A DNA stretch of 64,000 bases. Origin: a virus. The DNA lies in IMG/VR virus record IMGVR_UViG_3300042290_000327, positions 56,716 through 120,715 of that record; one strand, 5' to 3'. The notes beneath the pieces were generated by a model. The model was not told where the DNA came from. It did not search any database and was given only the letters and a program-made list of their open reading frames with translations. Positions 46,598 to 56,077 of this stretch are shown here, in pieces (position 1 is the stretch's first letter; each line of letters begins with the position of its first letter). The position numbers and the translations under genes are program-made.

Positions 46598-48475
46598 ATG
46601 GCTAACACTTCTTTATTTAGTAGACTACAGAGACTTTTCTCCACAGACGTCGTAATACGTAACGTTGGTGGGAATCAGTTAAAGATAGCAGACGTAAACC
46701 ACATCCAGAGTACTGGACGTTACGAGACCAATTCATTGGTTGACCGCTTCTCTAGACTTTACATCTACAATAACAAAAATATCTTCAACCCAAACCTTAA
46801 CTATCAAACGTTAAGGATTCAGCTCTACTCCGATTACGAGGCAATGGATACTGATCCGATCATCGCTTCAGCCCTTGATATTATCGCTGACGAGTCTTGC
46901 CTGAGAAATGATATGGGTGACATCTTGACGATAAAAACCTCGGATGAGAACGTAAAGAAGATTCTCAACAACTTATTCTACGACGTTTTAAACATTGAGT
47001 TTAACTTATGGTCATGGGCTAGGAATATGTGTAAGTATGGGGACTTCTTCCTTAAGCTAGAGATTGCTGAGACGTTCGGAGTTTACAACGTCCTCCCTTA
47101 TACCGTCTATAGCATGGTTCGTCACGAGAGCCAGGACCCTAAAGCCCCAGCTAAGGTCACCTTCTCAATCGATCCTGACGGTATCGCTTCATCGACCGAC
47201 CCTAATTACATCCCCAGACACAAAGACAAAATCATCCAGTTAGACAACTACGAAGTAGCACACTTCCGTCTTCTGTCTGATACTAACTTCCTACCCTACG
47301 GCAGGTCTTATCTAGAGCCAGCCCGGAAGGTATTCAAGCAGCTCATCCTTATGGAGGATGCAATGCTTATCCACAGGATCATGAGAGCTCCTGAGAAGAG
47401 GACCTTCTACATCAACGTCGGTAACGTACCCCCTAACGAGGTGGAGCAGTTCATGCAGAAGACCATCAACCAGATGAAGAAGACCCCGTACGTAGATCCG
47501 CAAACCGGACAGTACAATCTTCGCTTTAACATGCAGAATATGATCGAGGATTTCTATATCCCGGTCCGTGGAGGTGATACTTCAACCAGAATCGATACGA
47601 CCAAGGGACTAGAGTATGACGGAACCAACGACGTCTCTTACCTAAGAGATAAGATGTTTGCTGCCCTTAAGATACCCAAGGCATACTTCGGTTACGAAGG
47701 AGACTTGCAGGGCAAGGCAACTCTTGCTGCCGAGGATATTCGCTTTGCTAGAACAGTAGAGAGAATCCAGCGCATCCTAGAATCAGAGCTGACTAAGATT
47801 GCTCTTATACACCTTTACACCCAGGGGTACAAAGGAGAGAGTCTTACTAACTTTGAACTAAAGCTAACAACTCCTTCTATCATCTACGAACAGGAGAAGG
47901 TAGCTCTACTCAAAGAAAAGATTGATCTAGCAACTCAGATGATGAGCAGTGCTTTATTCTCATCAGACTATATCTACGAAAATATCTTCAACCTATCCGA
48001 AGATCAGTACAACGAGATGCGTGATTTGATTAGAGAGGATAAGAAGAGAACCTTCCGGACCACTCAAATTGAAAACGAAGGTAATGATCCTGTCAAGTCA
48101 GGGATATCCTACGGCACACCTCACGACCTAGCCACTATGTACGGTAGGAAGGGTGTCGACGGACAGAAAGTACCCACCGGCTATGATGAGCTTGTAGGAG
48201 AAACTAATCCCGAGGGCAGACCAAGAACAAATATGTCCATCTACGGCACCCAGAACGATCCCCTAGGGAGAGACAGACTAGGTACCCACGATATGAAGGG
48301 CGGTTATGAATCACAGAACGATAAACTTAAAGAGGGTAGTCTAGCAACTAAATCAGTGTTCTTTCAAAATCAGGATTTATTCAAAGAGCGTAAAAAACTA
48401 ATCTTTGAACAAGATCATACTGCAGAAACTAGTACTTTACTAGATGAAAGCAATATTAAGGATTTAGAGAAGTAA
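46598..48475 (+). CDS. portal protein (T4 gp20-like)
   Basis: YEAMD..P.IASALDIIADE; LMEDAMLIHRIMRAPEKRTFYINVGN; EDFYIP.RG; ALKIPK. Confidence 0.95.
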   Translation: MANTSLFSRLQRLFSTDVVIRNVGGNQLKIADVNHIQSTGRYETNSLVDRFSRLYIYNNKNIFNPNLNYQTLRIQLYSDYEAMDTDPIIASALDIIADESCLRNDMGDILTIKTSDENVKKILNNLFYDVLNIEFNLWSWARNMCKYGDFFLKLEIAETFGVYNVLPYTVYSMVRHESQDPKAPAKVTFSIDPDGIASSTDPNYIPRHKDKIIQLDNYEVAHFRLLSDTNFLPYGRSYLEPARKVFKQLILMEDAMLIHRIMRAPEKRTFYINVGNVPPNEVEQFMQKTINQMKKTPYVDPQTGQYNLRFNMQNMIEDFYIPVRGGDTSTRIDTTKGLEYDGTNDVSYLRDKMFAALKIPKAYFGYEGDLQGKATLAAEDIRFARTVERIQRILESELTKIALIHLYTQGYKGESLTNFELKLTTPSIIYEQEKVALLKEKIDLATQMMSSALFSSDYIYENIFNLSEDQYNEMRDLIREDKKRTFRTTQIENEGNDPVKSGISYGTPHDLATMYGRKGVDGQKVPTGYDELVGETNPEGRPRTNMSIYGTQNDPLGRDRLGTHDMKGGYESQNDKLKEGSLATKSVFFQNQDLFKERKKLIFEQDHTAETSTLLDESNIKDLEK

Positions 48476-48506
48476 CATATATTTATATCAGTAGACTTAC
48501 ATACTC

Positions 48507-49361
48507 ATGAAAATTAAGCATTCGAAGTATAAAAACACAGGCCTTATTTTTGAGCTGTTGGTGAAGCAAATTGCTGCCGACACTCTATCGAGGAAAGACT
48601 CCCCGGCCGTGAAGGTACTCAAGAAGTTCTACACAGGTAAAACATCGCTAGTTAGAGAGTTCAAGCTTTACGAATACATCCTTAAGAACAAAGGAGTATC
48701 CCAGCCCAAAGCCGACACCATCGTCTCCACTATCATCGAGATCTCAAACAAGTTAGATAGAACAGCTATCAAGAAGCAGAAGTACGATCTTATCAAAGAG
48801 ATCAAAGAGTCTTACGACCTAGAGGAGTTCTTCTCAATGAAGGTCCGGGACTACAAGCCGCTGGCTGCTCTGTACTGCTTGATGGAGACTCAAAGCTCTG
48901 AAGATCTTGCCGATCCTAAGTTCATCGTCGATAACAGAGTTACTATTCTAGAGCACTTGACTGCTAAGAAGCAAAACGAAGACGATGTTAAGGATGCGAT
49001 GATCGAAGAGTTTTCAAAGTACGATAAGGATTTAAGATTACTTACTTACAAGATTCTCCTGGAGAAGTTTAACGGAGAGTATGAAAATTTCCTACCTCAG
49101 CAGAAAGATATCCTTAGAGAGTTTATCACCGCTTCTGAGTCACAGGTCAAGCTTAGGAATATGATCAACGAGGAGCTAGAGAAAATTTCTATAGAAGTTA
49201 ATGCTCTTACCCCTAAGGTCAAAGACGAGATTATTAAGATCAAGATCGACGAAGTTCAAAAGCTTATCAAGCCTTTGGATAAGAAGACCCGGATTGATGA
49301 CAATCACATCGTCAATCTCCTTCAGTACTATGAACTTGTTAACGAGCTAAAGACTTTATGA
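48507..49361 (+). CDS. head-module protein (prohead core candidate)
   Basis: Lies between portal and protease; TATTTATA at 48480. Confidence 0.7.
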   Translation: MKIKHSKYKNTGLIFELLVKQIAADTLSRKDSPAVKVLKKFYTGKTSLVREFKLYEYILKNKGVSQPKADTIVSTIIEISNKLDRTAIKKQKYDLIKEIKESYDLEEFFSMKVRDYKPLAALYCLMETQSSEDLADPKFIVDNRVTILEHLTAKKQNEDDVKDAMIEEFSKYDKDLRLLTYKILLEKFNGEYENFLPQQKDILREFITASESQVKLRNMINEELEKISIEVNALTPKVKDEIIKIKIDEVQKLIKPLDKKTRIDDNHIVNLLQYYELVNELKTL

Positions 49362-49576
49362 AAAAGCATAAATTCACCGAGCTCCTCAGAGAACTTATCC
49401 TAGACCGGCTCAGCGAGATGAACGTCACCGGAGCGATAGGAGCGCCCCAAACCCCTTACGCTTTTTCGAAAGGGAAAAAAGACAACAGAGCCGTCACCGC
49501 AATGAAGAGCTTTGGTTACACTAAGACAGAGAGACCAAAGAGACCTTCCAACACTAAATTGTTTGATTTCAGATGA
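49358..49576 (+). CDS. small head-module protein
   Basis: LLRE/LSE leader followed by TGAIGAPQTPYAF. Confidence 0.7.
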   Translation: MKKHKFTELLRELILDRLSEMNVTGAIGAPQTPYAFSKGKKDNRAVTAMKSFGYTKTERPKRPSNTKLFDFR

Positions 49577-50880
49577 AAACACTACAAGAAAAATATAATG
49601 CTATTTTAGAAGGAAACTTCTCTAAAGTACAATTCGTAAGAGATGCTAGACTAGCACACTCTAACCTCATTACCCAATTCAACAGCTTTGCAGACACCGT
49701 CGCTATCCTTAAGAACAAGGGGATGGTGGTAGAGGCTAAGAAAGCTGAAGTAACAGCTTACAAGAAGCCAGAAGTAGATCCTATCGACATGGTTGCACCG
49801 GATCTTTTGGATCACGGTATTGAAGCCGAGCTTCATGCTGCAGGCATCACCGGTACTCCTTCAGAAGAAGAGTACGCAAAAGCAAAAGAGAAAGCTGCTA
49901 AAGAGCTTATCAAAGATCCTCTTTGCTACAAGAACGCCCAGACCATGACCGAACCCGGTGAGAAGATGGAGAAAGCAAAGCTAAGTGAAGAGACTGCTCT
50001 AGACAGGGTTGAGAGAAACGCTTCTAGCAAAGTTCAAGATAAGCTAGGAGATATTGCTGATACAGTAGCTGAGAAACCAGCCTCCGTAGGAGCAGCTTTT
50101 AGAAAAAAAGTGCTTGCAAATCCTACACACTACGTTAAGATGTCTGCTCACGAACTTAAAAAAGAGTTTAACAAGTTTAAGCTTGAAGAGGGGTACGAAG
50201 ATGAAGAGGAAGGATCTGGTTATTCGTACGAGTATAAAGAAGGTGACGGTGCATCTGAAAAGGAAATACAAGGAAATATAGACCACTATAAGAAAAATCC
50301 TTTGATTTGGAAAATGCAGGCAAAAAAAGATTTTGAAAATATGGCAGCTGGTGAGTCGGCTGATACAAAAACTGAACACTATCCAGAGTGGAAGAAGGAA
50401 GATTTTGAGAAAGTACTTAAAGCCCTTGCAGAGAGTCCAAACATGAGTGAAGATGACGTTAACGAACCCGGTATCGATCCTCGAAGAACCACCACTACTG
50501 ATTACGATTCATCTGCGAAACAAAAAGAAGACGGCACTTACGATATTTCAGGAACGATGAATGTACCCCGGCTCGAAGAAGGCGACGGTGCACCGGAGGA
50601 GGAACTTGAAAAACACATTATGGAGTTTGATATCTATAAAAATTCGTTAAAGAATAGTGGTAAACACGCTTATAATACAAAATTAAAAGATTTTAAAGAT
50701 CTTGCAGCTGGTAAATTAGGTGATATAAAAGACCAGCTCTTTCCCTCGTGGAAGAAAGAAGATTTCGCTAAAATAATTAAAGACCTTCCAGGTCCTTTTC
50801 TACTAGAATCTAACTCGCAGCAAGAAACCCAGCTCAAAGAAGCAGTAAAGTCTTTAATTAAGAAGACTCTAGAATCATAA
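49573..50880 (+). CDS. head-internal polyprotein candidate with duplicated modules
   Basis: MKTLQE start; two EGDGA...DF...AAG...P.WKKEDF repeats; LSE/LEE/LLE/LKE junctions. Confidence 0.75.
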   Translation: MKTLQEKYNAILEGNFSKVQFVRDARLAHSNLITQFNSFADTVAILKNKGMVVEAKKAEVTAYKKPEVDPIDMVAPDLLDHGIEAELHAAGITGTPSEEEYAKAKEKAAKELIKDPLCYKNAQTMTEPGEKMEKAKLSEETALDRVERNASSKVQDKLGDIADTVAEKPASVGAAFRKKVLANPTHYVKMSAHELKKEFNKFKLEEGYEDEEEGSGYSYEYKEGDGASEKEIQGNIDHYKKNPLIWKMQAKKDFENMAAGESADTKTEHYPEWKKEDFEKVLKALAESPNMSEDDVNEPGIDPRRTTTTDYDSSAKQKEDGTYDISGTMNVPRLEEGDGAPEEELEKHIMEFDIYKNSLKNSGKHAYNTKLKDFKDLAAGKLGDIKDQLFPSWKKEDFAKIIKDLPGPFLLESNSQQETQLKEAVKSLIKKTLES

Positions 50881-50882
50881 TC

Positions 50883-51461
50883 ATGGCAAATCTCTTAATT
50901 GAATATACCCCTTTCCGTCCTACGATCACCGAGTCCGTAAAAAGACCCGGTATCTTCGAGGTTGTGGGTGTTATGCAGAGAGCCAATGCCAAGAACCAAA
51001 ACGGAAGGATCTACGAAAAAGACATCCTTGCAAGAGAGGTCAAGAAGTACATGGAAGCTTTCGTTAAGGTGGGTAATGCATACGGGGAGTTAGATCACCC
51101 GGAATCACCTATCGTCTCACTAAAAAATGCTTCCCACGTGGTGAAGGATCTTTGGTGGGATGGAGATAACCTAATGGGTAAGGTTGAGTTACTGAACACC
51201 CCAGCTGGCAACATCGTGAAAGAAATCATCAAGGGCGGTCATACGATCGGTATCTCTTCAAGAGGCACAGGCTCAGTCCAGCCCATCGGTGAGAATACCT
51301 TAATGGTGAAGGACGACTTCGAACTTGTGTGTTGGGATTTCGTATCGAATCCCTCCACTCACGGAGCATTTTTAAACCCCGTCTCCTTAAATGAGGTAAA
51401 GCAGGTAGTAGATCCTTACGCCCGGCTTCACAACATCATAGGTGACATTCTTAGAGCGTAA
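50883..51461 (+). CDS. prohead core protease (T4 gp21-like)
   Basis: NQNGRIY, GELDHP, GISSRGTGS and DFVSNPS motifs. Confidence 0.95.
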   Translation: MANLLIEYTPFRPTITESVKRPGIFEVVGVMQRANAKNQNGRIYEKDILAREVKKYMEAFVKVGNAYGELDHPESPIVSLKNASHVVKDLWWDGDNLMGKVELLNTPAGNIVKEIIKGGHTIGISSRGTGSVQPIGENTLMVKDDFELVCWDFVSNPSTHGAFLNPVSLNEVKQVVDPYARLHNIIGDILRA

Positions 51462-51481
51462 AAGTAAAAAATAAAAAAAAA

Positions 51482-51775
51482 ATGAACAATTTCGATTTAA
51501 AAAAATTCTTAGTAGAGAACAAACTCACTACTAACTCTAAGGCGCTAAGTGTAAACGAAGCGGCCGAAATGAAAGACGGGGAATACATGGTTGACGGAAA
51601 ACAGGTAAACTTTGATTCTATTGAACTAGGTAAAGACGACTTTGGAAACGGACTAGAGTGGTTCATCGATAAGGCCACCTTTGTTGACGGAACCGAACTA
51701 ACCCCAGATCAGCTAGAAGAGCTAACCGACCTATACTACCCTAACGGTAGACACGTATCCATGGAGGATATGTAA
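51482..51775 (+). CDS. hypothetical protein with leader MNNFDLKKFLVEN
   Basis: ATFVDGTELTPDQLEEL. Confidence 0.75.
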   Translation: MNNFDLKKFLVENKLTTNSKALSVNEAAEMKDGEYMVDGKQVNFDSIELGKDDFGNGLEWFIDKATFVDGTELTPDQLEELTDLYYPNGRHVSMEDM

Positions 51776-51817
51776 ACTAAGGGAATACCCTAAACATTAA
51801 TTTTAATTATATTTGTT

Positions 51818-51991
51818 ATGACATCACAAGAGTTATTCGAAAAAATTGATACTTTGTATCAAGAGTTTGTAATCAATCACGGTAAAGAAACTAAGGCTGC
51901 CAAGGCAAGAGCCCGAAAGTCTTTAGGAGAGCTTAAGAAGCTCGTGACTGAATACAGAAAAGTTTCTACAGCCGAAAGCAAGGCCAAGTAA
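51818..51991 (+). CDS. histone H1-like (Hc1-family) protein (57 aa, not in ORF track)
   Basis: MTSQELFEKIDTLYQEFVINHGKETKAAKARARKSLGELKKLVTEYRKVSTAESKAK; KAA..RARK...EL.K...E.RK.S pattern. Confidence 0.75.
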   Translation: MTSQELFEKIDTLYQEFVINHGKETKAAKARARKSLGELKKLVTEYRKVSTAESKAK

Positions 51992-52113
51992 TGGCAGGGT
52001 CAGCTAAAAAAAGAAAAGCGGCATTTAAGCCCTTAAGTCGGAGCACCAAGCTCAAATTTAAGAAAAGAATGCTAGCCAATCTTAAGACCTTAGCTAGGCT
52101 AGAGACTAAATAA
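51991..52113 (+). CDS. small basic protein (40 aa, not in ORF track)
   Basis: MAGSAKKRKAAFKPLSRSTKLKFKKRMLANLKTLARLETK; TAATG coupling. Confidence 0.6.
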   Translation: MAGSAKKRKAAFKPLSRSTKLKFKKRMLANLKTLARLETK

Positions 52114-52142
52114 ATTTTCCCCTAGGGCGCTACCTTTGGGAG

Positions 52143-52168
52143 CCCCGGTCGAAAGACTGGGGTTTTTT
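52143..52168 (+). terminator. intrinsic terminator
   Basis: ccccggtc-GAAA-gactgggg followed by TTTTTT. Confidence 0.85.
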
Positions 52169-52290
52169 GTTTTTATAACTTATTTGTATTTATATAAGAA
52201 TATATCGTGAATGATACGATATTTAAAGTAAAAAAAATTACTATTACGCCCCACAAAATATAATGGGTGTACAAATCCAAAGTTAACATT

Positions 52291-53667
52291 ATGGCTAACA
52301 AAGATTTATTTAAGCAGGCTATCGCCGACGCTAAATCAATTCGTGAAGCTGCTATCGCTAACGCAAAACTTGCTTTGGAAGAGTCTCTTACTCCTCAACT
52401 TAAAGAGCTTTTAGCTCAACGTCTCACAGAGATGGAAGAAGAGGATGCACCCACCACCGTTATTTCTGAAGAAGAAGTAGCTGAGGAGGTTCAAGAAGAG
52501 ACCCTTGAAGAAGCAATCGGAGCGGAAGAGGAGCACTCAGAAGAAGGTGAAGTAGAAGGAGATGAAGCCGGCGAAGAAGCTGAGGTTGATTCTGAAGAAT
52601 CAGAAGACGAGGCTGAAGAAGAGGTAGGAGAGATGAGTGTTGAAGACCTTAAGGACTTGATCCGGGACGTACTTATGCAAGTAATGGGCGACCAGGAACA
52701 AGGAGAAGAGGACGAATTAGAAGCCGACGCTATGGACATGACGGGAGATGATATGACAGCTGTAACTGATACAGAAATCAATATCGACGAACTTATGGCC
52801 GAGCTAGCGACTCTTAACAACCCCCAGGGACTTACAGCACACGGTAACGTTGCAGAAGTAGAAGAAGCAGCTGATCCTCTTAGAGAATCAGCAATTGCCG
52901 AACTAAAGAAGCATATGAAGCCCGGAACTATGGAAGGTATGAGAACATATGCTGAAGCAAAAGGCATGGACGTTCATGAAGTCCTAGGAAAGATGGTTGA
53001 ATACGGAACTACCGCTGAAGTTAAGAAAGTCGCTGAACTGATGGGAGTTGCTGAAGCCTTGGGCGAAGCTGCTTACCACAGAATAATGGAAAGACTAACT
53101 TCCGAGATGAAGCACGCTCCAGAAATGGAAGAGAACGTCATGGCAGATCTAGCTATTTTCTCAGCTCAAAACCCAGAGCAAGTAATGGCAGCTATTTTAG
53201 CAGCTGTTCCCGCTCTTGCTGCTGCCGGAATGGGAGTTGAAAAGATCGTTCAAAAAATCAGAGGCGGAGCAAAAGACGCAGCGAAAGCTGGCGAAGAAGC
53301 TCCTACTGCCGACGACCTTATGGAAGCTCTATCAACCATCGAAACTCTTCGAAACGATTTAAACGAGACTAACTTGCTTAACGCTAAGTTACTCTACGTC
53401 AATAAAGTTTTTAAAGCCAGCAACCTATCTGAATCGCAGAAAGCCAGCGTCATTGCTGCTTTTGATAAAGCCGAGACAGTGAAGGAAGTGAAGCTAGTAT
53501 ACGAAACAGTTAGTGAAAATGTTTCTTCTGTAGGTAAGAAAGAAGTAGTGAGGGAAGCCAAGGGCTTTGCCTCTGCTGCTGCAGGAATCTCTACCAAACC
53601 AGGAGTAATCACAGAAACTAACCAGGCTGTATTGCGTATGCAAAAACTTGCAGGAATTATTAAATAA
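52291..53667 (+). CDS. prohead scaffolding/core protein (start moved to MANKDLF)
   Basis: Acidic coiled coil immediately upstream of the capsid gene; many LxE sites; C-terminal RMQKLAGI. Confidence 0.85.
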   Translation: MANKDLFKQAIADAKSIREAAIANAKLALEESLTPQLKELLAQRLTEMEEEDAPTTVISEEEVAEEVQEETLEEAIGAEEEHSEEGEVEGDEAGEEAEVDSEESEDEAEEEVGEMSVEDLKDLIRDVLMQVMGDQEQGEEDELEADAMDMTGDDMTAVTDTEINIDELMAELATLNNPQGLTAHGNVAEVEEAADPLRESAIAELKKHMKPGTMEGMRTYAEAKGMDVHEVLGKMVEYGTTAEVKKVAELMGVAEALGEAAYHRIMERLTSEMKHAPEMEENVMADLAIFSAQNPEQVMAAILAAVPALAAAGMGVEKIVQKIRGGAKDAAKAGEEAPTADDLMEALSTIETLRNDLNETNLLNAKLLYVNKVFKASNLSESQKASVIAAFDKAETVKEVKLVYETVSENVSSVGKKEVVREAKGFASAAAGISTKPGVITETNQAVLRMQKLAGIIK

Positions 53668-53684
53668 CATATAAAAATTTCAAA

Positions 53685-55271
53685 ATGGAATTAAACACTC
53701 TTTTAAACGAATCAGCTCAAGGCTTTAAGTCTTTGCAAGCTGACGCCGGTAGACTCGCTGACAAGTGGTCTGCAACCGGTCTTCTTGAGGGTCTATCAAA
53801 CGACATCGACAAGAACAACATGGCTATGGTGCTTGAAAACCAAGCCAAGCAAATCATCAAGGAAGCTAACGCTACCGGAGGCGGTGCCATCGGTACTGCT
53901 ACAGGTAATGCTGAGCAGTGGGCTGGTGTAGCTTTGCCACTTGTAAGAAAGGTATTCGCTCAAATCGCTGCTAAAGATTTCGTATCTGTACAGCCTATGA
54001 ACCTTCCTTCAGGTCTGGTTTTCTACCTTGACTTTAAGTACGGTAACAATGCTAACGGCTTTACTGCCGACAGCAATATGTACGGTAACGTATCAACTGC
54101 CAACAGCAAAATCGGCGTTGACACTGAAGTAGCTGGAGGCCTTTACGGTGCCGGTCGCTTTGGATACACCATCAACTCAGCTTCTTTAGCTATCACTCAG
54201 TCTACTGGTGCTGCTACTTCAGCTTCTATCGCTTATCAAGACGGCATTCTGCCTGCTTCATACAAGACTGTAACTGTTAGTATGAGTGGTCTTTCTGCTG
54301 ATCTAAAAGGTGCAAGAGCTTTCCGCCTGATTTCTGGTTCAACCGACGTAACTACTAACCCAGAACTTACTACTGTATCTGGTAACAACGTTATCTTCGT
54401 AGTATCTGGTTCTGCCCTTACCGTAACTGCCGAGATCACAGGATCAGTTATGTACCACAAGCAGCCTACTGACAACACGAGAGGTGACTTCGAATTCACT
54501 GGCGGTGCTGGAGACACTACTCCTGCTATCCCAGAGATCAACGTATCCCTAGCTTCTGAAGCTATTGTTGCTAAGACTCGTAAGTTGAAGGCTCAATGGT
54601 CACCAGAATTCGCTCAGGACTTGAACGCTTACCACAGCATCGACGCTGAGGCCGAGTTGACTTCAATGCTTTCTGAGTACATTTCTATGGAGATCGATCT
54701 CGAGCTTCTTGACATGCTTATCCAAGACGCAGTTACTACTGAGCGTTGGTCAGCTGAGAACAACAAGATTTGGAACGGTACTAACTGGACCACTTCTACT
54801 TCAGATTTCTACAACACACAAGGTCAGTGGTTCCAAACCCTCGGTACTAAAGTACAGAAGGTATCCAACAAGATCCACCAGAAGACTTTGCGTGGAGGTG
54901 CTAACTTCCTAGTAGTTTCTCCAACTGTTGCAACTATCCTCGAGTCAATCCCAGGATATGCTGCTGACACAGACGGCGACAAAATGGATTTTGCAATGGG
55001 CGTTCAGAAAGTAGGTCAACTTAACAGCCGCTACCGCGTCTACAAGAACCCATACATGACTGAAAACGTAATCCTTATGGGCTACAGAGGTTCACAGTTC
55101 CTAGAGACAGGAGCCGTTTACGCTCCTTACATTCCTCTTATGATGACACCTTTGGTGTACGATCCACAGAACTTCTCACCAGTGAAAGGTATCATGACTC
55201 GTTACGCTAAGAAGATGGTTCGTCCAGAATTCTACGGTAAGATCTTCGTCTCTGACGTAGCTACTATCTAA
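53685..55271 (+). CDS. major capsid protein (T4 gp23-like)
   Basis: LLEG, LENQ, PLVRKV, VQPMNLPSGLVF, AKTRKLKA.WS.E.AQDL, YAPYIPL, KGIMTRY. Confidence 0.97.
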   Translation: MELNTLLNESAQGFKSLQADAGRLADKWSATGLLEGLSNDIDKNNMAMVLENQAKQIIKEANATGGGAIGTATGNAEQWAGVALPLVRKVFAQIAAKDFVSVQPMNLPSGLVFYLDFKYGNNANGFTADSNMYGNVSTANSKIGVDTEVAGGLYGAGRFGYTINSASLAITQSTGAATSASIAYQDGILPASYKTVTVSMSGLSADLKGARAFRLISGSTDVTTNPELTTVSGNNVIFVVSGSALTVTAEITGSVMYHKQPTDNTRGDFEFTGGAGDTTPAIPEINVSLASEAIVAKTRKLKAQWSPEFAQDLNAYHSIDAEAELTSMLSEYISMEIDLELLDMLIQDAVTTERWSAENNKIWNGTNWTTSTSDFYNTQGQWFQTLGTKVQKVSNKIHQKTLRGGANFLVVSPTVATILESIPGYAADTDGDKMDFAMGVQKVGQLNSRYRVYKNPYMTENVILMGYRGSQFLETGAVYAPYIPLMMTPLVYDPQNFSPVKGIMTRYAKKMVRPEFYGKIFVSDVATI

Positions 55272-55296
55272 TAGAATCTTAGTAAGATGATATAGA

Positions 55297-55320
55297 GAGG
55301 GGCCTTCGGGCCCCTTTTTT
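55297..55320 (+). terminator. intrinsic terminator after the capsid gene
   Basis: aggggcc-TTCG-ggcccct followed by a T-run. Confidence 0.9.
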
Positions 55321-55357
55321 ATTTCTATTTATTGACATATTAACTAACGTTACGTGC

Positions 55358-56044
55358 ATGTCCTCAAATCATCATGAAGACGAAGTCTTCAAAGCAAAGA
55401 GACGTCCAAAGAATCCTATCAAGTTTAACATCACGTTAAACGAAGAGCAGAAGGCCGCCAAAGAAGTAATTCTAAGTAACCCCGTAACAGTATTAAGAGG
55501 TATGGCCGGTAGCGGTAAGACCTTGGTGGCTGTACAGACGGCGTTAGACCTGCTCTTTACCGGACAGGTGGAGAAGATTATCATCACCCGGCCTACGGTC
55601 TCTAAAGAAGATATCGGTTTTCTACCCGGTGATATCAGAGAAAAGATGGACCCGTGGCTTGCCCCGATCTACCACAACCTATACCTGCTATACGATAAGG
55701 TGAAAGTCGACCGTGAGGTAGAAGATGGAAGGATAGAGATTCTACCCTTTGCGTTTATGAGAGGTAGGACATTTATCAATGCATTTGTGATTGTAGATGA
55801 AGCCCAGAACGTAACCCACACCCAGATGGAGATGGTGCTAGGAAGACTAGGTAAGAACAGCTGGATGTCCATATGCGGGGATCTAGCCCAGATCGACCTC
55901 AAGACCAAAAAAGAGACAGGTCTTTCATTTTTAACCCGGGTCGAAGAGCAGGTTAAGGGCGTACGTGTTGTTACACTTAAACAGAACCACAGACACCCAA
56001 TCGTTGAGCCGATCTTAAAGGTATACGAGACCTTTAGAGATTGA
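55358..56044 (+). CDS. phoH: PhoH-like ATPase
   Basis: GMAGSGKT, ITRP, GFLPG, MRGRTF, DEAQN, GDLAQIDL. Confidence 0.95.
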   Translation: MSSNHHEDEVFKAKRRPKNPIKFNITLNEEQKAAKEVILSNPVTVLRGMAGSGKTLVAVQTALDLLFTGQVEKIIITRPTVSKEDIGFLPGDIREKMDPWLAPIYHNLYLLYDKVKVDREVEDGRIEILPFAFMRGRTFINAFVIVDEAQNVTHTQMEMVLGRLGKNSWMSICGDLAQIDLKTKKETGLSFLTRVEEQVKGVRVVTLKQNHRHPIVEPILKVYETFRD

Positions 56045-56077
56045 ACTGTCACTGCTATTTATATTTAAACTGTAGAC

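Noticed and set aside
10785-52132. TAGGGCGCTA present at 10785 and 52123, both near hairpins
   Set aside because: Two copies of a 10-mer in 64 kb are too weak to support a call
55358-56044. phoH inside the head module
   Set aside because: phoH is widespread in large aquatic phages; recorded as a feature only
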